The notes beneath the pieces are model-generated. The model saw only the letters and a program-made list of their open reading frames with translations, had not been told where the DNA came from and ran no database searches. A stretch of 63,978 nucleotides of DNA, the filler included, from Octopus bimaculoides (lineage: Eukaryota), in assembly GCF_001194135.2 (NCBI RefSeq). It is 5 parts of 5 records of this genome, joined end to end, with 100 filler letters (N's around TTAATTAATTAA, not from the genome) between each part and the next. Parts side by side here need not be neighbours in the genome. Positions count along the whole stretch, not along the records: positions 1 to 20,535 come from NC_068986.1; 4 more parts are not named here. One strand, 5' to 3'. Shown piece by piece: positions 1 to 11,377 of this stretch; within the stretch, counting starts at the first letter, position 1, and the number at the start of each line of letters is the position of its first letter. A program made the position numbers and the translations under genes.

Positions 1-350
1 ATATATATATATATATATATATATAATTAACAATTTTGCCATACTGAACTACTTGGCAAAATTGTTAATTATTAATTTTATTACTAATTGACGATTCCCT
101 GCCCTATATCTGTATATATATATATAATATTTATTAATTTAAATAATTTGGAAAAATGAATTTCCAAATCAATCAGATACAGCCCTTTAACATTACATGC
201 TCCTGCATATCATGCAGTGGGGTCTTGATTATTATATATCTATATATTTATCTAGAAGTATACAAAGTATATAATAGAAATAAATATATATCATATATAT
301 ATATATATATATATAAATATTATATATATTTATTTATCTTATATATATAG

Positions 351-1404
351 GTAGGTAGAAACTCCATAAGGTGTATCCAGTGTAAGCTATGGACACATAA
401 GAGATGCAGCAACATCAAAGGAAGATTAACCGGGAAGATAACTTTCATGTGCGGCAGATGCACAGGGGCAATAAACACCACAGATGCTCAGAAAACAGAT
501 TCCATCACATGCCAGTGGGAGAAAGTAGAAGTAGTTGATAGCTTCCATTACCTAGATGACCAAGTCTGTATGCTCAGGTGGATGCTCAGAGTGTTACCAC
601 TAGAATAAGAATAGCCTGGGCAAAGTTCAGAAAGCTTCTACCCCTACTGGTGACAAAGAGCCTCTCGCTCTGAGAGAAAGGTACATTGTATGATGTATGT
701 GTGCGAAATGCCATGCTTCACGGCAATGAAACATAGGCCATGACTGCTGAAGACATGGGTAGGCTCAAAACAAATGAAGCTAGCATGATCCACTGAATGT
801 GTAATGTCAGTGTGCACACACAACAGAGTGTAAGTGCCCTCAGAGAAATACTGGACGTAAGAAGCATCGGATGTGGCATGCAAGAGAGGAGAGACGTTTG
901 CGTTGGTATGGTCATGTACTATGGATAGATGAAGAGTGCTGTGTGAAGAAGTACCACTCCCAAACAATAGAAGGAATCCAGGGTAGAGGTAAACCCAGGA
1001 AGACATGGGATGAGGTGGTGAAGCATGGCCTTCGAATGTTGGGCAATGACAAAAGAATGTGAGTTCACAGCTGTAACGTACACCAATGCCACATAACCAG
1101 CCCACCTTGGATCGTATGGCAACATGCCGTGCTTGAGGAGACATACTGTGTCAAGTACATCAAAATCAAATCAAATCACATACAAATGGAAATTGTAGCT
1201 GTGATCTCTGTGCCGGTAGCATGTAAAAAAGCTCCCACTACACTTTTGGAGTGGTTAGCATATGGAAGGGCATCCAGCTGTAGAAACACTGCCAGATCAG
1301 ACTGGAGCCCAGTGCAGCCAGCTGGTTTCCCAGACCCCAGTCAAGATGTTCAACCCATGCTAGCATGGAAAACGGACGTTAAGCGATGATGATCATTATG
1401 ATGA
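351..1404 (+). mobile_element. RTE-clade LINE, 5'-truncated 3' portion (RT C-terminus, 3' UTR, (GAT)n tail), degenerate
   Basis: Translation from 351 gives VGRNSIRCIQCKLWTHKRCSNIKGRLTGKITFMCGRC...EVVDSFHYLDDQV. ORF 871-1062 has LRWYGHV...GRGKPRKTWDEVVK (RTE thumb region). Ends ...CCATGCTAGCATGGAAAACGGACGTTAAGCGATGATGAT. Several stops and frameshifts. Confidence 0.9.
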
Positions 1405-1424
1405 TATATATATAATATTTACAT

Positions 1425-4400
1425 ATCATCATCATCATCGTTTAACATACGCTTTCCATGCTAGCATGGGTTGGACGATTTGACTGAGGACTGGCGAACC
1501 AGATGGCTGCACCAGGCTCCAATCTGATCTGGCAGAGTTTCTACAGATGGATGCCCTTGCTAACAGGAACCCCCTCCGAGAGTGCAGTGGGTACTTTTAC
1601 GTGCCACTGGCATGAGGGCCAATCAGGCGGTACTGGCAATGGCCATGCTCAAATAGTGTTTTTTATGTGCCACCTACACAGGAGCCGGTCCAGCGGCACT
1701 GGCAACGACCTTGCTCGGATGTTTTTCTGTACCAGTAAGACAATGCTGGTAACAATGACACTCAAATGGTGCTTTTCACGTACCACTGGCACAGAAGCCA
1801 GACAGCTGCTCTGGCAATGATCATGCTCGTATGGTGCTGTTAGAGCTCCACAGGCATGAGTGCCAGTCATCGAATTTGGTTCGATTTTGATTTCACTTGC
1901 CCCAACACGTCTTCGCAAGCAGAGTTTAGTGTCCAATGAAGGAAAGGTTGGCATGGGTGCCAGTCATCGAATTTGGTTCGATTTCGATTTCGATTTTACT
2001 TGCCACAACAGGTCTTTGCAAGCAGAGTTTTAGTGACCAATGAAGGAAAGGTACGCATAAGTGGGCTGGCTACACCCCTGACAGAGGCCATGGATTTAGG
2101 TCTCACTTGGCTTGCTGGGTCTTCTCACGCACAGCATATTTCCAAAGGTCTCGGTCAGAAGTCATCGCCTCAGTGAGGCCCAATGTTCGAAGGTCGTGCC
2201 TCACCACCTCAGCCCAGGTCTTCCTGGGCCTACCTTTTCCACGGGTTCCCTCAACTGCTAGGGTGTNNNNNNNNNNNNNNNNNNNNNNNNNNNNNNNNNN
2301 NNNNNNNNNNNNNNNNNNNNNNNNNNNNNNNNNNNNNNNNNNNNNNNNNNNNNNNNNNNNNNNNNNNNNNNNNNNNNNNNNNNNNNNNNNNNNNNNNNNN
2401 NNNNNNNNNNNNNNNNNNNNNNNNNNNNNNNNNNNNNNNNNNNNNNNNNNNNNNNNNNNNNNNNNNNNNNNNNNNNNNNNNNNNNNNNNNNNNNNNNNNN
2501 NNNNNNNNNNNNNNNNNNCACACTGACATTACACATCCATCGGAGCATACTGGCTTTATTCCTTGCGAGCTTACGCATGTCCTCAGCAGTCATGGCCCAT
2601 GTTTCACTGCCATGTAACATGACTGTTCGTACACATGCATCATACAGTCTGCCTTTTAGTCTGAGCGAGAGGCCCTTTGTCACCAGCAGAGGTAAGAGCT
2701 CTCTGAACTTTGCCCAGGCTATTCTTATTCTAGCAGCTACACTTTCAGTGCACCCTCCCCTACTACTGACTTGGTCACCTAGGTAATGGAAGCTATCAAC
2801 TACTTCTAGTTTTTTTCCCTGGAATGTGGAGAAGTTGTTCTCTTCACATTTTCAGTGTTTATTGCTCCTGAGCATCTGCCACATACAAAAGCTATCTTCC
2901 TAGTTAGCCTTCATTTGATATTGCTGTACCTGTTATATGTCCATAGCTTACACAGGGTACATCTTATAGAATTTATACCTACACCTTTTCTAAAGATCGA
3001 GCAGGGCAATCTACCTGAAGGGATTTGTGGTTTGTCTGCCTTCCTACTTATTAGGACTTTGGTTTTAGCTAGGTTGACTCTAAGGCCCTTCGATTCTAAT
3101 CCTTGCTTCCACACCTGAAATTTCTCCTCTAGTTCTGATAGTGACTCAGCAATTAGAGCAAGGTCATCAGCATAGAGGAGCTCCCAGGGGCATCCTGTCT
3201 TGAATTCCTTTATTATTGCCTGGAGGACTATGATAAATAGGAAGGGACTGAGGACTGAACTTTGGTGGATTCCTACCTCTACTCGGAATTCTTCACTGTA
3301 CTCGTTGCCAACCCTCACCTAACTGACAGCGTCCTTGTACATGGCTCGCACTGCTCTCACCATCCATTCTTCTATCCCTTGTTTCCTCATTGACCACCAG
3401 ATAAGTGATCAGGGGACCCTGTCAAAGGCTTTCTCCATGTCAACGAAAGCCAGGTACAGAGGTTTATCTTTGGCTAGGTATTTCTCCTGCAGCTGTCTTA
3501 CCAGAAATATAGCATCAGTGGTGCTTTTTCCTGGAACGAACCTAAACTGCATCTCATCTACACTGACTCTCTCTCTCTAATTAGTTGGGCTATGACCCTC
3601 TCCATGACTTTCATTATCTGATCCAACAGCTTGATACCTCTGTAATTATTTGTGTCTAATGCGTCACCTTTACCTTTGTAGCAGTTGACTATGGTACTGC
3701 TACACCAGTCATTGGGTATGACTCCTTCATGTATCACTTGGTTAACTATACAGGTGACTAGGCTATAGCCGACACTGCCAGATATTTTGAGCATCTCTGT
3801 AGTGATTCCTGATGGGCTGGGGGCTTTCCCTATCTTCATATTCTTAATTGCTTTATCTACCAAGGTACTGTCAACTCGGATAGCTGGTCATTCTGTTGGG
3901 TCATCGTTCAGCAGGCTCTCTTTCTCCCATTCATTCTCTTTATTGAGCAACCTTTCATAGTGGTGTCTCCAAACCTCTCTCTTTGCAGCCTCTTTTAGTG
4001 CAAGTGAACCATCATCCATGCGGACACATTTCTCTCCTGCAACATCACAATTCTCTCTCATACACTGTCTTGCAACAGGAAATACCTCAAGTCTTTGGTC
4101 CTCATGGCACAGAACATTGATAATTTTTTTCTTATCTGCTTCCCCTCTAGCTAAATAAACATGTCTTCTAGCTTTCTTTCTGGCAGTCTGATACAATTAC
4201 CTGCTACCTCCGTTCTTCCAGTCCTTCCAAGCCTGTTTCTTTTGTCCAATAGCCCTGTCAACAACATTGTTCCACCACCATATTATTTTGGGTCGAGAGG
4301 GGACTTTGCACCATACACAGATCTGGTCAGTGGCCCTCAGCAGGTTGTCCCGTAGAAACCTCCAGTTGTCTTCTGCATCATGTAAAGCTATGTCACTTTT

Positions 4401-4742
4401 TATTTCCTCAAAGGCTTTGAGTAATATGTTTCTAAATCTCTGTCCATTCGCAGGATCTTTAAGCTTCCAGACTCTTCTCCTCCATGCTGGTCATCTTCTA
4501 GGCATTCATTTAGCCCTGATCCTGAAGTCACTAACTACCAGTCTATGTTGTGGGGTACATTCTTTGCTTGGGATATTTTGGCATTTATAAGCAGCCATCT
4601 TTCCCTTTTTCTGGCGAGGATGTAGTCAATTTGGCTAGTGTGTCAGCCAGAACGGCAGGTGACTAGGTGACTGCAGGTTTCCTGAAGTTAGTATTGCAAA
4701 CCATAAGATCATTTGCATCGCAGAACTCCAGCAGAGTTTTAG
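1425..4742 (-). mobile_element. RTE-clade LINE, 5'-truncated inside the endonuclease, with 3' UTR and (GAT)n tail
   Basis: Collinear minus-strand fragments: LLEFCDANDLMVCNTNFRK (APE, ~4680-4740), GKAPSPSGITTEMLK...NYRGIKLL (3558-3863), GIHQSSVLSPFLF...LLYADDL (2911-3318), LYDACVRTVMLHGSETW (2258-2683), GRPRKTW; stop at 2103-2105. Same 3' tail as the copy at 351-1404. Confidence 0.93.
2103..4742 (-). pseudogene. Disrupted APE endonuclease-reverse transcriptase ORF of RTE LINE
   Basis: YADD catalytic motif and ordered RT blocks are split over several ORFs by stops, frameshifts and an N gap. Confidence 0.9.
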
Positions 4743-4746
4743 CTGA

Positions 4747-4997
4747 AGAATAGAAAAAATTCCTATTGGAAACAATTCAAAGTTTGTACAAGTTCATACC
4801 TCATAGAATTCAAGCTGTAATTATTGCCTNNNNNNNNNNAGAATAGAAAAAATTCCTATTGGAAACAATTCAAAGTTTGTACAAGTTCATACCTCATAGA
4901 ATTCAAGCTGTAATTATTGCCTAAGGTGGTCCTATCCTATATTAAAATAAATTTGTTTGAAATTTTAAGGTGCTTCCATTATTTTGTCCAACCCCTG
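4747..4997 (+). mobile_element. Tc1-family transposon 3' end (transposase C-terminus plus terminal inverted repeat)
   Basis: Reads ETIQSLYKFIPHRIQAVIIA*GGPILY*, like Tc1 C-termini. Ends GGTGCTTCCATTATTTTGTCCAACCCCTG (4969-4997), the reverse complement of a CAGGGG... TIR. The first ~83 bp are duplicated across a 10-N gap. Confidence 0.75.
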
Positions 4998-5187
4998 TGT
5001 ATATATATATAATGTAATAACCACCCCCCTCCAATTCTTGTTAAATACAACTACCCAAAGTTTCCTGTGGAAACTGGGTTCTTGAGGTGGTCATTAAGCT
5101 CTGCAGTAATTTTGGGAGCTGTACTTTTGTGATCCTTTTGAACAATTCGCATAAGAGTCCAACGGTCCCTATCTGAAAGTTTTGTTT

Positions 5188-5333
5188 TTCTTCAGTTTCT
5201 GTCTACCAAATCCACTCACAAGGCTTTGGTTGGCCCGAGGCTATAGTAGAAGACACTTACCCAAGGTGCCACACAGTGAAACTGAACCCGGAACCATGTG
5301 GTTCGTAAGCAAGCGACTTACCACACAGCCACT
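5188..5333 (-). mobile_element. tRNA-derived SINE family S1, 5' half
   Basis: Reverse complement reads AGTGGCTGTGTGGTAAG (A-box-like)...GGTTCCGGGTTCAG (B-box-like)...CACCTTGGGTAAGTGTCTTCTACTATAGCC...GATTTGGTAGACAGAAACTGAAG. Many related copies in the window. Confidence 0.8.
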
Positions 5334-5409
5334 ACTACGCCTTCATCAATAAAAAATATCTCTGAAACAGCTCTAGTGACCACAATCTATGTTGTTGTCT
5401 GCCTGTCTG

Positions 5410-5446
<37 letters not shown>

Positions 5447-5698
5447 ATATANNNNNNNNNNNNNNNNNNNNNNNNNNNNNNNNNNNNNNNNNNNNNNNNN
5501 NNNNNNNNNNNNNNNNNNNNNNNNNNNNNNNNNNNNNNNNNNNNNNNNNNNNNNNNNNNNNNNNNNNNNNNNNNNNNNNNNNNAGGGGAAGGTAATCAGG
5601 GATTTTTTCCGGTATAAGGGAGATAATCAAAAATGTTGGGGATGACTAGGTTTGATTAATTTAACATGATTTGGTTTGGAAGGAATAGAATGTTACAA

Positions 5699-6541
5699 GT
5701 GGTTTTGCTTTATATTTTTTTCAATGAGGTGAGTTTCCTTATTTAAAAATGTTAGAAATGGTTAAGTTTTGGCTTATATTTTTCAATGAAGAAGGTTTCC
5801 TTATTTAATCTAACTTGTGTTGGTGTTCCAATGGCACATTGATAGAATGGAAAAATTACAAATTGTGGTAGAATTTGTTTTGCGCATTTCTCATTATGTT
5901 CACTCAAGGGTATCAATCTGTATTCTGGGGATGCAATCTGCTGTCGATGCAGAGTGCATTTGTGTCTGAGCGATAATCCTGTGGACCCTATGTAGCTTTG
6001 GTGGCAGCCTGAGCATCTTATGACATAAATCAGGTTTTCTGAAGCACAAGTAAAGTCAAATTTGATTTTGAATTTTTGACCCTCTTTGAAAAGGAATTCT
6101 GATCCTTCTAGAAGGTTTGGGCATGTTGCGCAATTTGGTTGATCACATTTTTTCACTTTTGCATTTGTTATTTTAGAAAATAATTTTGCCTTTGTGAGGA
6201 TCTTTTTAGCAATTTCAGTTGTTTGTAGCTTTTAATGATTTTATGTATGTGTAAAATTTCCTTTAATTTGGGGTCCTTAATGTAGCATTGGTAAATTTTG
6301 GGTGATGATGGTGAAGGCTTCTTTGTTTCTGGGGTTATATGTGGATATGTATGGCAGTATTTTCGGGGAATGTGTGTTGCTGTGTTGAACTTTTCTCAAG
6401 TTTCCTATGTCGATTTGTGTTGCACGTCTGATACCATCCTCTATGAGTTGAATTGGGTAGTGTCTGTCAATTAGGGTATTTTTGAGTTCTCTGATATTTT
6501 GTTCTGACACTATTGTGCATATCCTTCTTGCAAGGTTGAAG
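5699..6541 (-). mobile_element. Penelope-like element 3' portion with GIY-YIG endonuclease, degenerate
   Basis: ORF 5752-6156: KCDQPNCATCPNL...FTCASENLIYVIRCSGCHQSYIGSTGLSLRHKCTLH...KETFFIEKYKPKLN. Upstream PFNLARRICTIVSE...RHYPIQLIE...ILPYISTYNPRN matches the PLE RT-thumb/linker. Confidence 0.88.
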
Positions 6542-7142
6542 GGGATATATATATATATAGATATATATATATATATATATANNNNNNNNNNNNNNNNNNN
6601 NNNNNNNNNNNNNNNNNNNNNNNNNNNNNNNNNNNNNNNNNNNNNNNNNNNNNNNNNNNNNNNNNNNNNNNNNNNNNNNNNNNNNNNNNNNNNNNNNNNN
6701 NNNNNNNNNNNNNNNNNNNNNNNNNNNNNNNNNNNNNNNNNNNNNNNNNNNNNNNNNNNNNNNNNNNNNNNNNNNNNNNNNNNNNNNNNNNNNNNNNNNN
6801 NNNNNNNNNNNNNNNNNNNNNNNNNNNNNNNNNNNNNNNNNNNNNNNNNNNNNNNNNNNNNNTATATATATGTATGCAGAAGCAAGCTGGTGGTCATCTC
6901 TAGTAGATGAGGAGTGGCAGAAATAGCCTGAAACCAGGACTGGTCTACTGGTTCTATTGCTAGATGGTAGGGGTTCACTTTCTTGCTCACAATTTTATCA
7001 GATGCAGCTTTGCATCATTAACCAGCTAGAGATGTCCTCTTGGGGTTAAAACATCACAGTAGAGTCTGCTCGATTGGACAGCCATGTTAAAGTGGCTATG
7101 AATAGTAAAAATCTGAACACATATCTAGCATAAACATCATTT

Positions 7143-7230
7143 TTCCCTGATGAAGGAGACATTCTCTGAAAATGAATCTTAAGATTCATTTGTTATTTAG
7201 ATGAATGAACCCCAGAAACAATCGTTGGAA
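7143..7230 (+). ncRNA. Candidate type I hammerhead ribozyme (PLE-type minimal variant)
   Basis: Stem I TTCC(7143-46)/GGAA(7227-30); CTGATGA 7147-53; GG...CC stem II base; GAAA 7215-18; stem III AC-aatc-GT; cleavage triplet GTT 7224-26. Confidence 0.6.
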
Positions 7231-7928
7231 TACCTTATTTTCTTCTAACATGTAACCCAAAACTCTTTTTAGTGTCTATTATTGTCTGAATACCATATTT
7301 TAATTTTAAAAAAAAATTTTCTATTTATATTCCATTATTATTTTTATCTATATTCCATTGCTATTATCTTTATATATCCATATATTTATATGTCAATGTA
7401 TATTTTTAGTATTCATATATTTTTATATTTTTATATCTCCAATATATCAATATATGTTTCAGCTTGGACAATTGTTATTTTTTATCTTAATTAAACCTGT
7501 ATAGATATATATTAACCATAGATTGCCCGAATTGAACTTTTTCTATTGTGTCCATTATACTTACCTAATGCCTCAGGTTTGACTTGAGCACTTCTAAGCT
7601 GTCTATGTGTTGTGTTTCGAAAGAAAATGATAACTATGTATGTATGTATGTATGTATGTATGGATGGATGCATGGATGCATGCATGTATATATGTATATA
7701 TGTATGTGTGTGTGACTGAACCCGGAGCCATGTGGTTACCAAGCAAACTTCTTTATTTCATAAATATTTGCTATACAAGCATTACAAAGAGGGGACAAAC
7801 AAGGACAGACAAACGTAAAAGGGGTGAAGAAGCTGCTACAATTTAAAAGTTCTTTTTTTTTATGAATGATAAATTACGATTAAAAATTAAGATTAAAATT
7901 ACAGTAAAAATTTAAAAGTTCGATGATA

Positions 7929-10900
7929 TCACATTGCCACATGCAATGTATCTCCTGAATGAAAGGCACCCGACCACCCGGGTAGAACCTTTGCTTTTTT
8001 TCCGGGGCTCCACTTGGTGCCAATCTCTCCCAGCTTTCTTGCCACAAGCTTCCATCTTTTATCATATCCTTCTTGTGACAGGTACCTCTTCTCCAGCTTG
8101 ATCTTACTACTGAGGTGGTACAAAGGTACCCATCATTATTCTAGATACAAAGGTACCCATGGCCAGATACAAAGGTACCCATCACTATTCCTTTCACATG
8201 CATCTTCCATACTGTTTCTTTCAGTTTGGCTACTACGGAGAAAAAGCAAGCCTTCCTCTCCCTGTTAAGGGAAGGAAGCAGCACAATCTCAATGATAGAC
8301 TCAGCCGATAGCTGTTCTCTTCCCATTGATGACAACAGTTGTTCTGCGAAAGCTATCAGTCCTGTTAATTCCGGACACTCTATAAATGCGTGCAAGATGG
8401 TTTCCCTGTCCTGCCCACACCTCGGACATGTTGGTGAGACGGCACTTCTGTGCCTTGACAGTTTATTGCGAACAGGTAATGCCGCATGGAAGCACTGCCA
8501 AGCCACAGATTTCTGGCAATTATCCAGATACCCTGACCCGAAAGCTCTCCAGAACAGGTTGATCAACAGATTTTCATTGTAGCCCAGGGTCTTCGGACAT
8601 AATCTCCACAAACCCGCTATAAAAATTCACGGTGGAACTCCTGCTGCCGGCATTGCCCGCCCAAGAAGCAACTGAAGTGCCTGATGGCACTCCAATTGCC
8701 AGTCCACCAGCCTAGGACTCTGCTTGATCCAGGTACCAATGTCCGTTAAGGACGTTAACTGCAGAAGATAGAACTGGACATGCAGTGACCACACCTACTC
8801 TGTATCCAAGTAAAGCCAGAGGTGCCTCAACCTTAACGTGAATTTTCGCATCTTCAGACCACCCTTTAGTGGTTTCTGGCAGCAGACAGAGCACTTCACA
8901 AGTGGCTTTCCTCCCTTCCACAAAAAATGGAAAAGGATTCTCTCCAACTTGTTCGGCCACAAATCGGGGCAAAGCACCATGGTCAGATGGTAGGTGATTA
9001 CTGATGCTATAAACATCTGCACCACCTCCACCCTCCCTAGCAAGGATAACGCCTGCCCAGACCAGGTCTGGGTTAGAGCAGTCACCTTGCTGGCAACCTC
9101 ACTCCAATTTTTCTCTATCTGGAGGTCTGGACCAACCCCAAACTCTGATCAGCTTAACAGGACCTTCCATCCAACGCCCCACAATGTTAATGGACGCCAT
9201 TGGCTTGCCCTTCCAGGTGCTGAGTTGCAAACCAACTGACTTGCCTTTGTTAACCTTTGCTCCTGCCACCGTCTCGTAACTTTTGATGGTCCCTTTCACC
9301 ACTGGAAGCTGGCCCTCATCCGCCACAATGATGGAGATGTCATCCACATACACCGTAGCTCCTCTTTCACACCATAGATCATGTAGCACGCCCCCTAGTG
9401 CCTCCAACTTCTACAGCAATGGCTCAAGAGCCAATACATACAAAAGCAGAGATAGGGGACACCCCTGACGCACTGAGCGCTCGATCTTGAATGGCTTCGA
9501 AAAGAAACCATTCCCTTTCACAACAGATTCGATGTCGCTGTACAATGCAGCAATCCAACTGCGGAAGGTCGTGCCTAAGCCAGCCTCCTCGAGGACCGCT
9601 ACCAAGTACTGATGGGCAGCCCTATCAAATGGTTTAGACTGGTCTAAATGTACTAGTGCCCCCCCCTCTCTAAGGAGTAGCATATAAGATGGAGATTGTC
9701 ATGGATAAACCTGCCCAGGATAGTGCACGTTTGCACTTCCCCTACAAGTCTGTCCATGACATGCACCAACCTTTTCGCTAGCACCTTGGCCAAAATCTTT
9801 ACCTCTCTGTTCAACAGAGTTATGGACCTGAAATTTCCTATTTCGTCCCCCTTGCTTGAGTCCTTCCTGATCAATGTCACAGACTTGGGAATTCTCCCAT
9901 TCTGCTGCCAATTGGTGTAGACGCTGGCCAAAAGGTGCCCGAACAAGTCTGGCATACTTTTATAAAATTCATAGGGTAGACCATCGAGACACAGTGATTT
10001 CTCCCGGGGGGCATTCGCCTAGCACCTTGATCACCTCTTCGGCCGTGATTGGCTCTTCACAGCACTCAGCCTCTCATCCCGATGGATGCGAGCTACTAGA
10101 CAGGAAGTCCTTAAGGGCCTCACTGTGATCCAGCGTCCCACCCCTTCCGAACAACTCGGCAAAGTAAAGTACCTCACACATCTCATCCTGTCCCTCGACC
10201 GAACTCTCATTGTCATCAACAAGAGACCTTATTGGGGCATCATTGCTACACTAGGTTTCTACCATATTGGCCCATCTGGCAGCATTAATTCCCTCACAGC
10301 CCAATGCATGCATTTTAGCCCGAACTCTGCACCCCACATGTTTGCCTTTGAAGTGACGGTCCAAGGCCGTTCTTGCTGTCAAAATGTGAGATGCAGAGTC
10401 CAACCTCAACACCTCCTCTAGGTCCTTAACTAACTGCCCTTCTATTCTAGCCTTATCTAGTCTTAGCTGGTGGCTAAACCTAACAGACTCGAAACAGATG
10501 GCTCTCTTGTGGGTGAACCACTACCTGTTATTAATCACAGCACCGGTTAATGCCCTCTGTACTAGTTCCTTAATCTGGCTACGGTATGCGTCGCAAGTCA
10601 AAATAGACTTGTTTAGCTTCCAGTAGCCGGATCCTCTCTTAACTGTACTATCTATGTCCAATCTACACTTAACCATTCTATGGTCAGTGTAAGCTACTTA
10701 GACAAGCTATGGAACAGCTAAAACTATCTTTATCTCTAGTTCTTATCACTATCCTGTCTAAGTAAGACTTGGGCCTTCCGTCACCAGTAATCCAGGTCCA
10801 CTCTGGGATGTTTGGATGGTCAAACCTGTAATGATCTGCTAGCTGAAAGTGCTTAAGCAGATCTACAAGGCGTGAGTTTGCTTTCCTACCAGTCGAGCCA

Positions 10901-11348
10901 ACGCTATCGATGCGTGTGTCAACGATAGCGTTAAAGTCTCCTAACACCACTAATGTCTTCAACGTCAGAATAAAGTTCTCTAGGCACCGATAAAAATCAG
11001 TTTGTAATCCTCTAGCACAAGGTGCATAGATCCTGATCAACCTGAAGGCCTTATTGCTGTATATCACATCAAGGATGACCAGCCCACCTTCTGAGTCTAC
11101 ATAGACTGTAGTTATCTGCAGAGCCAAGCCTTTTTGTATCAGTACAACTACTCCACCTTGACCTCCGGTCTGGCCAGGAGACATGATTTTCTCATAGCCA
11201 TTCAGGAGGTTTGTAGACTATCCAGCTTGGTCTCTGTAGCAACCATCACATGCATATCATGTGATCTGAGGTCATCGAGGAAACAGGCTTACTTCTACTT
11301 TGAGTTCAGACCACGCACATTCAAACATCCATGGTTAAGTGCAGCCAT
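7929..11348 (-). pseudogene. L1/Tx1 ORF2 (endonuclease, reverse transcriptase, Cys-rich C-terminus), disrupted
   Basis: ATG at 11348 (MAALNHGCLNVRGL). Fragments 10684-11184, 9653-9955, 9411-9683, 9099-9407, 8795-9085, 8141-8611 and 7929-8123 lie in the expected order. Confidence 0.9.
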
Positions 11349-11377
11349 TAAAAACAATGGGAAAAAAAGCAAGGGTT

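Noticed and set aside
4747-4925. Direct repeats across 10-N gaps (also 31010-31057 versus 31068-31113)
   Set aside because: Exact copies on both sides of minimal gaps indicate unmerged contig overlaps, so this is not evidence for tandem hammerheads or tandem Tc1 ends.
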